Assembly (NCBI GenBank): GCA_951406725.2
Contig: OX597818.1
Span: forward strand, 27,982,001 to 28,044,000
DNA length: 62,000 bases
Direction of reading: 5' to 3'
From: Octopus vulgaris
Taxonomy: Eukaryota
How positions within the stretch are numbered: position 1 is the stretch's first letter; each line of letters begins with the position of its first letter. The position numbers and the translations under genes are program-made. Positions 48,796 to 61,170 of the stretch are shown piece by piece. The notes under the pieces are model-generated. The model made no database searches. It worked only from the letters and a program-made list of their open reading frames with translations, and was not told the DNA's origin.

Positions 48796-49259
48796 TTATA
48801 TTCATATGCACATTTAAACATCCATATTTTGCTAAAACTGTTAACAATAGAAATACTTTTCAAGAAACGCTATGCTGTAGACACACTCATTCAAAATTTC
48901 ATATACCAATGGGCACTGATATACAGATATGGATCTAGAATCTTTTCTGTTTGGTTGTCAGCAGCTTCAAAACTTAAAATTTACCGAGAATTTTATAATT
49001 TGGGACAAGGATCTTTTCCTTTTGAACGGCAGTTTTCAACACAATTTCTAGTTAACTTTTAAACTTCATATACTGGTAGAATGTGTTTATAAAACATCAT
49101 TTTTTCTTGGCTTTATTGAGAAAATTCTATATGTTTTAACATATTTCCACTTCAAAATCGAGCATTTTGGCAATTTTAACCAATCAAATACGTCCATTTG
49201 GGGTGAAAACATACCGTGCTGTATGAATATGCCCCTCGTTTAAGAAACAGATTGGGTTT

Positions 49260-49580
49260 ATTTACATTTGCGAAGAAAAAAAGCGAAGATGGGGTATTGT
49301 TTTCAGTCATGTTTGCTTGTTTGTTTGACCGTGGACAAGATATCTCAAGAACTGCTGGATGGATTCGGATGAAACTTTCAGGGATGTTTGGCCTCATGAC
49401 TGGCACACACTGATTAGATTTTAGGATCGATCTAGTACCAGACAAAGATTCTGAATTATTTTTCCTGTTTTGTTTTTTTACTTAATTTTTGAAAGCAGGT
49501 GGTTTCATTTTTAGTACTCTCGTTTTTGACAGCAGTTGAGTTTATTTCAGATATTCTCATTTTAAAAGTCATCTCAGGCT
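49260..49580 (-). mobile_element. Helentron/HINE-like element (same family as 16159-16524)
   Basis: Reverse-complement similarity over ~300 bp. Confidence 0.65.
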
Positions 49581-49589
49581 AATTGTTGA

Positions 49590-51116
49590 AAGGAATTACT
49601 GAATGGATCCTTATGATATTTGAAACTTAGATTCAATGTATAAGGGCGGGCATAATGCAATATGTTTGGTTTGAATTTCAGATGGCTTAAAGGGGGCAGA
49701 ACCCTCCCATGAAAATTCATAAATTTTTGATGTTGATAAAATTTCAACCATTGGTAATTGACACACATCAAGAACTATTCTCAAAGTTTCCACTTCACGT
49801 GAGGATTTTAAGACACCCTAGTGGGGGCCTTAACTCCCAAATTTTAGTCATTTCTTTTATGATCCAAAACTAAATCAAAAGTACTGAATGGATCTTTATG
49901 AAATTTGGAAATTATATTCTATGCATAAGGGCCACAACCCCCATGACAATTCATATATTTTTGCTGTTGATGAAATTTTAACCATAGATATTAGATACAA
50001 ATGAAATAATATTTATAAAATTTCATCTTCTTACAAGTTAGAAAGACCCCTTCATGGGGACTTAACACCCACAATTTTGTCATTTTATCTAAGCAAAGAC
50101 GAATAGTCCTACTCTTTGGAAGCTGTGGGGTCATCTGAGCATAGAAGATGAGCATTATTTGTAATTCAATGGTACAACTGTGTAAGAGTTTGCTTTGACA
50201 TACACTTAGATTGTGATTTCTGCAATGTGGTGCATAAATTGTCAAGTAAATGAGAAGCATCTTTGCCTCCACTGATTCAGTTGCAAAGTGTTGAGTAAAG
50301 TTATTTGATTGCAGATCTCCTTTCAGTCTTTTTATTATCACTGGGTTACACATAGTCCCCACATGGTAACATTGATTTCAAGGCCTTCCCAGATGAGTGA
50401 CTGGTTATTCAAAGACATTTATAGATTGTATATATATTCTGTCCAGTTACGTATCAGTATAGTGTTCATTTGCAAACTCCAACTTTCATTTCTCCTTAGC
50501 CCCCATGTCACACAGTTGTTAATGTTTATTTCAGTTGGGTCACGCCCTTCCAATTGCTATAGATTCATAATGCATCTTATGACTGTGCCTGTCACCTGCA
50601 AGGTGAGGAATACTACATTGGGAGTGGTAACGTCTAGGGTACTGTAGCTGACTGCTTATTGTGATCATTTTTGGTTTCCTGTAGCTTTACTCTCTTTTAC
50701 AAATCCAGTGAACATATATTTCCTATTTCAAAGAAATTCAAACAATAGATATAAGACCCAAGTTAAAAAGATTCTCAACAATACAACTTCTCTGGTTGAC
50801 ATTAAGATGCCCACCCCCAATAGGGGCGTTAACTCTCACATTTTAGAGCTCCATGACCTCCATTTTTCAGGAGCAAAATCCTTTTAACAGGTTCAACAAG
50901 ACTGAAATTTTGGAATATGCGCATAAAAATCAGTAGTATGGGATACATGCAGCACGATTACAATTTTGTCTGGGTGTGTAAAGAGGGAAATAACCCTCAT
51001 CTGCAATTTTGATGAAATTCGAAACATAAATATTCCAGTTCATTACAGAAAATATAACAGAAAAGTCTAATTCTTCAATTGTATTTAACTCGAGCAATGC
51101 CGGGTAACTCTGCTAG
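49590..51116 (+). mobile_element. Non-autonomous Helitron-like element with internal subrepeats
   Basis: Ends CTCGAGCAATGCCGGGTAACTCTGCTAG|T; the internal block TACTGAATGGATC(C/T)TTATGA recurs at ~49597 and ~49881. The 5' boundary is uncertain. Confidence 0.6.
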
Positions 51117-52054
51117 TAATGACTAAAACTAAAATAATTTGGCTTTGAGATAATCTTCATTTACAAACATCCTGATAATTCAGTGTCAAAATATCTCTCT
51201 TACATAGTTACCAAATCATCTCGGGAAGGAGAAATTAAGAGTTTTAATTTATCTTTGGAAAAGCAGCTGACAGTGAGAATACAATATATATGAAGGAGAA
51301 ATTAAGAGTTTTAATTTATCTTTTAAAATAAAAATAAACATCTGTAGTCAATTTTCATAATGAGTTTTCTTGTTGTTCAATTAACAGAACTACTTTCTCA
51401 CTGAATTATATTGTAAGTGGCTGAGTATTCCACAGATATATGTATTCTTAGTATAATCTTCAAGCAGATTTAGCACACTGATGAGGCTGACCTTTTGAAT
51501 TATGGGTCTAGCTCTTCTGATGACCTTCCACATAGCTTCTGTCTACCTAGTTCCATTCTAAAGGATTTGGTGAACTTGAAACTGTGGTAAAAGACATTTG
51601 TATAAGACTCAACACAGCAGATCTCATGATTTGGAAGAGAACATCATAACCACTTGGCTATACCTGCTTCCATACAGATATTACAAACACACACACACAC
51701 ACACACAGAGGCAAGCACACAAATATGTCCACAGCAACTTTATCGTGATGCTATTATTATGACAGTGAATTTTTTTTTTAATTTCTCATTTCCTGCTATT
51801 GCTTCAATGAAATAATCTTAGAAATGTTGTAGATGATAGTTTCAAAATAGTTGCTTTTTGTTATTCCATTTTCTCTCCCAAAACTTTAGCTTTTAGACAC
51901 ATCATCAAAAAGACAAATGAAACCTCTCAATTCTCCTTCCTAAGATGATTTAGTAACCATAGAAGATAGATATTTTGATACTGAATTCCATATATAATGT
52001 ACAGGATGTTTGTAAATGTAGATTATTTGAAAGACCAATTTTTTTTGGTTTTAG

Positions 52055-52101
52055 TCATTATGACAACTATTAACAGAATATCGTATTTCAACAATGTTTA
52101 G
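52055..52101 (+). CDS. Candidate phase-1 terminal exon, copy 2: (x)IMTTINRISYFNNV*
   Basis: Acceptor tttttttggttttAG; identical peptide to 45054-45100. Confidence 0.4.
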
Positions 52102-52644
52102 ATAAGAATTAGAAAATTGATTGAGAGTATAAGTAGAGTGATGTGTGTTGATTAATCGAAACCATTATAAAGTATATGGTTTCATGTTTTTTTAACAATT
52201 GTCACAGCCTCAGTAACAATAAATTTGAACATATATACTAAAGACAATTTGCTAGTTTTGGGATTAACCTCATGTTTCACTGCTAAGAACATCCACGATG
52301 TCCTAAATCAGACATGCACATGAGTTGTTTAAGTTATTTATATATATTCATTTATCTATGGACAAATCAATTTACTTTCTCAATTATTAAGCATTCAGTG
52401 TTTGAGTGATTGATATACTTGTTTGTTGTATTGATTTGGTAACCTTATTCACACCTTACCACTAAGCTACTATGTCCCTATAATATGCTGTCATTAGTTG
52501 AAACTTTATCATTAGGAAGGGTATCTAACTTTGAAAACAGTTACTCTAACAATTCTTACAGGTTGGTTCATATAAAATCAAATAGACTAAATTTGAAGAT
52601 GCATCAGATGAAATATTTAAAGAGAAAACAAAACAAAAACAAAC

Positions 52645-52818
52645 GTACAGGAGTGGCTGTGTGGTAAGTAGCTTGCTTACCAACCACATGGTTCTGGGTT
52701 CAGTCCCACTGTGTGGCACCTTGGGCAAGAGTCTTCTATTGTAGCCTCGATCTGACCAAAGCCTTGTGAGTGGATTTGTTAGATGGAAACTGAAAGAAGC
52801 CCGTCATGTATATGTATG

Positions 52819-52884
<66 letters not shown>

Positions 52885-53100
52885 TGTGTGTGTCTGTGTG
52901 TGTGTGTGTCTGTGTTTGTCCCCCCAACATTGCTTGACTACCATGCTGGTGTGTTTATGTCCCCATAACTTAGCGGTTTGGCAAAAGAGACTGATAGAAT
53001 AAGTACTAGTCTTACAAAGAATAAGTCCTGGGGTTGATCTGCTCAACTAAAGGCAGTGCTCCAGCATGGCTGCAGTCAAATGGCTGAAACAAGTAAAAGA
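52645..53100 (+). mobile_element. Composite SINE: tRNA head, (TA)/(TG)n spacer, second conserved domain
   Basis: Head GGAGTGGCTGTGTGGTAAG/GGTTCAGTCC; second part TGTTTGTCCCCCAACAT...AATAAGTACTAG...GGTGCTCCAGCATGGC...GAAACAAGTAAAAGA; repeated at 53152-53512. Confidence 0.88.
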
Positions 53101-53151
53101 GTATACATTATCAACTTTTAAGTATAAAATTGTTAAATTTTGTTTATAACA

Positions 53152-53512
53152 TAGGCATGTGGTTCTGAGTTCAGTCCTACTGCGTGGCACCTTGGGCAAG
53201 TGTCTTCAACTATAGCCTCGGGTCGACCAAAGCCTTGTGAGTGGATCTGGTAGACAGAAACTGAAAGAAGCCCGTTGTATATATGTGTATATATATATAT
53301 ATGTGTGTGTGTGTGTTTGTCCCCCAACATCGCTTGACAACCGATGCTGGTGTGTTAATGTCCCCCGTAGCTTAGCAATTCAGCAAAAGAGATCAATAGA
53401 ATAAGTACTAGGCTTACAAAGAATACGTCCTGGGGTTGATTTCTTCGACTAAAGGCAGTGCTCCAGCATGGCCACAGACAAATGACTGAAACAAGTAAAA
53501 GAGTAAAAGAGT
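53152..53512 (+). mobile_element. Composite SINE, 5'-truncated
   Basis: Same two-part structure as 52645-53100. Confidence 0.88.
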
Positions 53513-53821
53513 CAGTACTTTTGGATCTAAATGCGTCTGATGTCTTGTAATACCAGGATGCTTCAATATAAGCATGTGAAGTGGAATAGAAAAACTAAGT
53601 GACAATCTATCATATTACATCCCACTTGCCAGCTCATTTCCTGAAGCAAAGTACCATTTTACAAATGAGATAAGCTTTTAATTTTAAATGGAAAGTATTC
53701 AAACAAAATCATTATTTAACACTTATACATATGCACACTTTTAAATTTTGTGCTTGTTATTTGTTACATAAGTATAGATGTATCAAAAGAAAAATGTTTC
53801 AAAAATATAAATGGCTCATAA

Positions 53822-53975
53822 GGTGCAGGCATAGCTGTATGGTAAGAAGTTTGATTCTCAACCACATGGTTCTCGGTTCAGTCCCACTGTGTGGCACCTT
53901 GGGCAAGAGTCTTCTACTATAGCCTTGGGCCAAGCAAAGCTTGTGAGTATATTTGGTAGATGTAAACTGAAAGAT
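53822..53975 (+). mobile_element. tRNA-derived SINE (same insertion as 45845)
   Basis: Same flanks as the copy-1 SINE. Confidence 0.85.
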
Positions 53976-53998
53976 GACTATCTTATATTATATATGTG

Positions 53999-54207
53999 AT
54001 GGGTTGATGAAAATATCCTGGCTTTAAGGGTATTACAAAAGACCTTGGTGGAGGTCCAACTTTCCAAGTTCTTCTACATGGCTTTGAAAAACTGCAGCAC
54101 CATTGCAATAAGTGTGGGAATCTGAGAGAGGAATATGTTCAATAAAATCATAATTAAATGACCCTCTTGTATTTTCTTTTACCCAAAGCCAGGAATTTTT
54201 CAGCACC
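53999..54207. mobile_element. mariner-derived MITE
   Basis: TIRs GGGTTGATGAAAATATCCTGGCTTT / AAAGCCAGGAATTTTTCAGCACC. Confidence 0.7.
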
Positions 54208-54218
54208 ACTTTGTATAT

Positions 54219-55463
54219 AAGTGTGTAAGGTATTTGTGGACATACCTTTTTTGGGTCATTGCTGTATTTTTTACTAACTCTGTGTAATTTTTGTTTCAGA
54301 AAATAATAATGGCAGACCCTCAGCTTACTCAAGAAATGAAGGGACATGCTATTATTTTGGTCATAAAGGCTGAGCATAGAAATTTAGAAATACCTTTGAT
54401 TTTTAGAAGTTGCCAAAGCTTTCGTTTTCAAAATTTGTAAGGAGCTAGAGACTGAAGATGGAAGTGTATCACCAGTATCAAAGCATAAAAAGCATTCTAA
54501 ACACTCTGAAATCATCATCAGAACACCTGGATTTATCCAGCAAGTTCAACAGGCCATTGATTACAATTCCAGAAAGTCCATGAGGTCAATTGTAAAAGAT
54601 CTCCATGTGTCAGAAGGAACAGTTAGAAATGTTGTCCATGAAGACATCAGATATGTCTTATATGATGAGGAAAGGTCAATTTGTCAGAAAAAGCAAAAGA
54701 AAATCACTACATCAGATTTAAAAGGCTCCTAAAAAGATGAAAAAGGCACCAAAAGAAGATTCAATTTAGTTTTTCTAAAACGAGAAAAACTTTGACTAAG
54801 ATCGAAAAGTTAACAGAAGAAATGACAGATGGTTATGTGCAGACCCTTCTAAAGTTTGAAGTATTATAAATACAAAATTTCCTGCAACTGTTATGGCTTT
54901 AGGGGTTATCAGCACTGAAGGACATGTAATGCCTCCTCAGGCCTTAGAGTTAACTCTGCCACCTACACTGAGGTCCTGGAAACAATTGTTAAGCCCTGGA
55001 TAGACAGTGTATGCAATGGAAGGCCATATGTTTCAGTAAGACTCTGCACTATCACCCACAGCTCTAGTAACACAGGAATGGATGGATGAAAATTTTCATG
55101 ATCACACAACCCCTAACATTTAATTTCCTAATTCCCCAGATCTCAATCCATTGGACTATTACATGTGGAGCATTGTTGAGAGAGAGGTCAATGAACATAC
55201 CCATAACACCAAAGATTCTTTGAAAGCTGCCATAGTCAGAGTAATGTCCAAAATGAACCAGGACCACTTGATTCGAGCATGCAGATGATTTAGATCTTAT
55301 ATAGAAGCAGTTGTTGAAGCTGAAGGTGGCTTTATTGAATAACATTATAGAAAAGAAGGTTTATTTTTATTCTCATAGCATTTTTTGATAAATTAAGTTA
55401 TTATCTGTTATTATATACCTGTTTTTTTTTATAAACATAAATCTGTCCTCAAATACCTTACAC

Positions 55464-55468
<5 letters not shown>
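54219..55468 (+). mobile_element. Tc1/mariner-superfamily DD37D (maT-like) transposon, full span, decayed
   Basis: TIR GTGTGTAAGGTATTTG(T/A)GGACA at both ends; D-SALSPT...NSPDLNPL-D has 37 residues between the catalytic Asps; ends IEAVVEAEGGFIE*. Confidence 0.9.
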
Positions 55469-55535
<67 letters not shown>

Positions 55536-55544
55536 CATATACAT

Positions 55545-56053
55545 ATCATCATCAACATCATCGTTTAATGTTCGCCTTCCATATTGGCATGGGCTGGACA
55601 ATTTGACTGAGGATTAACTAGTCAGGAGGCTGCACCAGGCTCCAATCAGATTTGGCAAGGTTTCTGCAGCTGGATGCCCTTCTAATTTCAACCACTCCAA
55701 GAGTGTAGTGGGTGCTTTTTATGTGCCACCGGCACAGGAGCCAGTCAGGTTGTTTGTACACAGGCATCATACAGCCTACTTTTCATGCTGAGTGAGAGGT
55801 CCTTTGTTACCAGCAGAGGTAGAAGCTCTCTGAACTTTGCCCAGGCTATTCTTATTCAAGTAGCTATATGCTCAGAGCATCCACCCCTGCTACTGACTTA
55901 TATATATATATATATATATATCATCATCATTATTATCATCATTGTTTAATGTCCGTTTTCCATGCTAGCATGGGTTAGACGGTTCGACTGGAGTCTGGAA
56001 GCCAGGAGGCTGCACCAGGCTCCAGTCTGATCTGACAGTGTTTCTACAGCTGG
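55545..56053 (-). mobile_element. Cluster of RTE tail and body fragments
   Basis: Two (CAT)n-tailed copies plus an IRIAWAKFRELLPL-type fragment at ~55760-55895. Confidence 0.85.
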
Positions 56054-56667
56054 ATACATATATAGTACATATAAATCACAGTATGTGTATGTATATTGAC
56101 TAATGCATACATTTCCACAATTCTCAACCGATTTTCCCCAAACTTTACACACACATTACTTATGTGTCAAGGATTGGCATGCACTATTTTGTCCAGAACT
56201 CCCACGTAAATGGACAAACCAGAAAAAACGTTGGTTTACAAAGGGTTTTCTCTAATTTGTTGTATGCACATAGTTTTTTGTATTTAGGTCTTCCATATTT
56301 TTCAAATCTCTATGGTCGTATATTGGCATTAGAAAATATGTTTTAGTGGTTTTCACATTTTTATTTATTTATTATTCATTTATACGTTGTAATTGTGTAC
56401 TATTACTTTATATATTATTTTTATATGTGTATTGGTGAATATTGTTTGAGGGTTTTCGTTGGAGAATATTATAAAAGTGAAAGGATATATATATATCATT
56501 GACGATTTTCTTTCTCCGTCTTCCCTTCTTTGGACTTTTTCTATATTTCTGATAAAGAGCTCCGCTCAAAACATGAAATCCTCTTTCTTTCCTTTCCTTT
56601 CCAATAACACAGTACTTGTTCCACATCCTCACGTTGTTGTTTTTTCTTGCTTGTTCATGTTTGGATT

Positions 56668-56717
<50 letters not shown>

Positions 56718-57002
56718 ATGTGTGAATGTGCTTGTTTGTCTCCAACACTACTTGTCAACTGGGGTCAATTTGTTCGACTAACCCCAGTATGACGACAGTC
56801 CAATGATTGAAACAAGAAAAAGATAAAACATAGGAGATATCTATATAATACAAATGAAGATTTGTAACATAAGCACAATGTCAATCATACCTAATTATAA
56901 AAGAAAAGGCACAGAGGAGAGAGATCGATCAAATCAGTTATGAAGAATAGGTTAGAATATAAGGTGTTCAACCAGAAAATAGCCTGCCTTCTAGAGATAG
57001 TG

Positions 57003-57003
<1 letters not shown>

Positions 57004-57040
<37 letters not shown>

Positions 57041-58030
57041 TTCATCATCATCATCATCATTTAATGTATGTCTTCCATACAGGCATGTGTTAGGCGGTTA
57101 ACTGGAACTGATATGCTGAGCTGCACCAGCCTACTGTCTGTTTTGGCTTGGTTCCTATGGTTGGATACTCTGCCTAATGCAATCTATTCCATAGAGTGTA
57201 CTGGTGTTCTTTATGTGTTACTGGCATGGGTACCTTTTATATGTCACTGACACAGGTGTCTTTTACGCATTACTGGCACAGGTGCTTTTTGCATGTCACT
57301 AACATGAATACCTTTTATGTGTCACTGGCATGGGTGCCCTTTGTATGTCACTGGCATGGGTATTTTTTGCATGTCTCCAGCACTGATCACAACTACAATT
57401 TCATTTAGCTTGATGTGTCTTCTCAAGCACAGCAAATTGCCAAGTTTCAGTCACTTGTCATTACCTCCGTGAGACTCAACACCCAAAGATTAAAATTCAC
57501 CACGTCTTCATAAGTGTATTTCTTCCACAGCTTCCCTCCATAGCTAGAGTTCGGTATTTCTTAATGCAGTAGTCCATGTCAATATCCATCACATACCCAT
57601 ACCAGCACAATCTTCTTTCTTTCACACTAACATCTGATGCCACTTATACACAATTTTTCTATCAAGACACTTACCCTTCATTGTATGTGCATACAAATAT
57701 TGCACATCCAGCAGAGTATACTAGCTTTATTTCTTTCAAACCTTTGCATGTCCTCTGCAGTTGCAGCCCATGTTTTATTGCTATGTAACATGGCTGTTTG
57801 CACACAGACAATATACAATTTGCCTTTCATACTGAGGGAGAGGCCCTTTGTTACCAACAAAAGTAACAGCTCTTTGAATTTTACCCAGCCCATTCTTATT
57901 CTAGCAGCTATGCTCTCAAAGCTATGCTCTCCTCCACTGCTGACTTGGTCACCTAGATAATGGAAGTTGTCTACTACTTCTAAATCTCCAGCTGAGCATT
58001 TTACATATTCTGTAGTCTTCTTGTAGTCTA
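57004..58030 (-). mobile_element. RTE-clade LINE 3' fragment
   Basis: LEVVDNFHYLGDQV...RIRMGWVKFKELL...KTWAATAEDMQRFERN; long (CAT)n tail. Confidence 0.9.
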
Positions 58031-58680
58031 GCCACATTGCAAAGAGATTATGGAGATGTGGCTTGGCTTCCTTAAGGACAGCTTATTGAGGAGAAACTGT
58101 TCACCACAGCTCCAGACTCCTTTCTTTCTTCCTCCTTGTTTATCAATTATTACACCATTTGTTTGGCAGTCATCTTCAAGTCCACCTGTGTACAGTTGGT
58201 GCATAACATGCAAGCATGCTATGAGCTATAGTTTCTGGCCTTGTGAGTCGCTTTGTTCTTGGGTATAAGAGCAGTCCACACAACTATCAGCTAATCTGGT
58301 ATATCTAGCTCACTGTCCATTGTTTTTATAAACAGAGTCATCACGAGAATTTCCCTGTAGAACATGAGCTTTTTGTACCAGTAGTCTACTATAAGGTCTT
58401 TCCCTGGTGATTTTCCATTCAGTATTTTCATGATAGCCATCAAGAGAGTTTCACTGGTGATGTTATATATTTTGGGAGAGTTATTTACACAATACTCACT
58501 TTATAGTTAATTTAATCATGCTGTCTCATGCTTGTGTTTTTAGTTTACATTCCAGATTACCCACCTGAATGACTCTAGATCTTCATGGGTAAATATCTTG
58601 ATTGTATCACCTTTCATGCAACAATATACAGCTTCCAGATTTCAGACAAACTTTCGATTTATCATTTTTCATCTATAGAA
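58030..58680 (-). mobile_element. R4/Dong-like LINE RT fossil
   Basis: KILNGKSPGKDLIVDYWYKKL...IPD*LIV...LIPKNK...ARNYS; KQGGRKKGVWSCGEQFLLNK; WLDYKK. Confidence 0.8.
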
Positions 58681-59893
58681 AAGGTGAAAATGTGTAGGTA
58701 GAAATTCCATAAGATGTACCTAGTCTAAGCTATTGACACATAAGAAGTGCAGAAAAGATTAACAAGGAAATTATTTTTTGGGTGGATAAGGTGTACAAGT
58801 ACAATTAACACTAAAAATCTACAGAAAATAGATTCCATCAAATGCCAGGGAGGAAAACTAGAAGTAGTTGATAGCTCCCGTTACCTAGGTGACCAAGTTA
58901 GCAGTGGGAGTGGATGCTCTGAGAGCATAGCTGCTAGCATAAAGATAGGCTGGGCTACTTCAGAGAGCTCCCACCTCTGCTGGTAACAAAGGGCCTCTCC
59001 CTCAGCATGAAAGACAAATTGTATGAAGTCTGTGTGTGAACAGCTATGCTACATGGCAGTAAAACATGGGCTGTAACTGCCAAGGACATGCGTAAGCTTT
59101 GGAAGAAATGAAGCTAGTATACTTTGCTGAATGTGCAATGTCAGGATGCTTGCACAGCAGAGTGTAAACGTCTTGAGAAAAAAGCTGGGCATCAGCTGTA
59201 GTGTGCAAGAGAAATGACTGTGCTGGTATGGTCATGTGATGCATATGGATGAGGACAGGTGTGTGAAGAAGTGCTTAACTCTAACAGTGGAGGAAATCTG
59301 TGGAAGAGGTAGACCCAAGAAGACAAGATCAGGTGGTGAAACATGTTCTTTGAATGTTGGGTCACATGAAGGCAATGACAAGTGCTTGAGACCTTTGGCA
59401 ATATGCCACACTTGATAAGACCCATCAAGCCAAAGGAAATTGTAATCATGGCCAATGCCAGTGTCACATATTTGGCACGTAAAAACATCTTTTGAACATT
59501 GGACAATATGCCGTGCTTGAGAAGATCCATCTAGCTAAGTGAAATCATAGTCATGGCTGATGCCAGTGTCATGTAACTGGCACCCATGCTGGTAGCATGT
59601 AAAGAAGTACCATTTTGAATGTTAGGCCTCATGGAGATGGTGTCAAGTGACCAAGACCTTTTACAATATAATGTGCTGAAGTCCTAGTTGTGGCTGATGC
59701 TGGGGTTGTGTAACTGGCACTGATGCTAGTGGCACTCTTGGAGTGGTTTATGTTAGGGAGGGTATCCAGCTGTAGAAACCATGCCAAATCAGATTGGAAC
59801 CTGGTGCAACTCCCCAGCTTAATAGTTTTCAGTCAAACCATCCAGCCTATGTCAGCATGGAAAATGGACGTTAAATGATGATGATGATGATGT
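58680..59893 (+). mobile_element. RTE-clade LINE 3' fragment
   Basis: KLEVVDSSRYLGDQV...IKIGWA; shared tail plus (GAT)n. Confidence 0.9.
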
Positions 59894-59899
59894 AATTTT

Positions 59900-60950
59900 T
59901 TACAATAAAGTTTTACACTTACCACCAGTAGATTGTGTTTAAGGGTGATCACTTTGCCTTGTGAGTGTTTCTTGGCAATAATTCCCATACAATTTGGTGA
60001 ATTTATCATGCAATTATAGCTGGTGATTCATGAATTTAATTTTAGCTTCATATTTGATGATAGTGTTGAACTGTCCTATCTTTTTCCTGAGTACATTGAT
60101 GTTGTTCTGGAGGCTGGTAATCCATTTTGGCTCAGTATTATTTTTTTGGATCAGTGTCTTTTACTCCCATCCTTTTGTACACAGTTACTGCAGTACAATA
60201 TAGCAGGACATTTATTGTCCAAAACTGGGAGCTTGAATTTGAGCTACTTGTTCCCTTACAACTTTGTTGATCAGTGATAACATCAGGTCGATTGGTTTTT
60301 CCAACTTAAGTCAGCAATGTTCTGTCATGCGTCATGCAGGGCTTTATGTATGTAAGAAATAAAGTTTTGCTTGAACTTTGATGCAAACTGTGATTTTAGT
60401 ATTTTATAGTCTTCACTTGTTTCTGTAAAATCATAAGTGGTTGCCACATGTTCATATAATGGCAACAGTTTGTTATTGTTGTGTTCATCTTTGTTGGTGC
60501 TTCTTGATCAAACTCTTTGCAGAAAAAAGTTTACTGTATTGTTAATATGAGTATTATCATTTTGTGTATTTTGGCTGAATGATTTTGCTTGGTAGGATGG
60601 CATATTTCTTTTCAACAAAGTTTAATTGTTTCTCTGAAAAATGTGGGCATGTTGGGTATTTCTTATTCTAATACACTTTAAGTCTCTTCATGTAGCCTAT
60701 TAAAGGACTTTCTCCAGCCTTTCTGTAGAACTGGTATAGGTCCTGGTTCAGCTTGAAAGTCCACTGGAAACTTTCTAGATAGTTCCATGATTTGCAATAG
60801 TCAACTCTGGATTCTTTCATCACCATGGTGTATGTATAGTAATTTTCTATGAGGTATGTGTTTCACTGCTTATGTACTACTACAACCTTTTGAACAAAAA
60901 TGTTGTTTCTTAGCATTTACTCCAAAAAGATAATCATTTCTTTTCCCAAG
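59900..60950 (-). mobile_element. Probable N-terminal part of the same R4/Dong-like LINE
   Basis: Minus strand gives EPKWITSLQNNINVLRKKIGQF, resembling the PxW..RL...I..LRK.IG segment upstream of R4-type RTs; colinear with 58030-58680. Confidence 0.55.
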
Positions 60951-61059
60951 ATTGTATTAATGGCAAAAATTATAGGGGTTAATATACATTATTCATCAGA
61001 ATGATTAGTCCTCTATACCAACATATCTGTATTCAATGCCATGATATGCATACATTAAT

Positions 61060-61170
61060 GTATGTATGCATTTATGTATGCATGCATGCATGTATGTATG
61101 TATGTATGTATGTATGTATGTATGTATGTATGTATGTATGTATGTATGTATGTATGTATGTATGTACAAG
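61060..61170. repeat. (TGTA)n microsatellite
   Basis: Direct reading. Confidence 0.97.

Larger units (their letters stand above)
51838..54062 (+). repeat. Local segmental duplication, copy 2 (expanded by two extra composite SINEs)
   Basis: See 44846-46080. Confidence 0.85.

Noticed and set aside
49991-50362. 123-aa minus ORF inside the Helitron-like element
   Set aside because: Only vague resemblance to a Tigger-type fragment; cannot be assigned.
52645-52720. tRNA-like A/B boxes
   Set aside because: SINE head with no complete cloverleaf, so not a tRNA gene.
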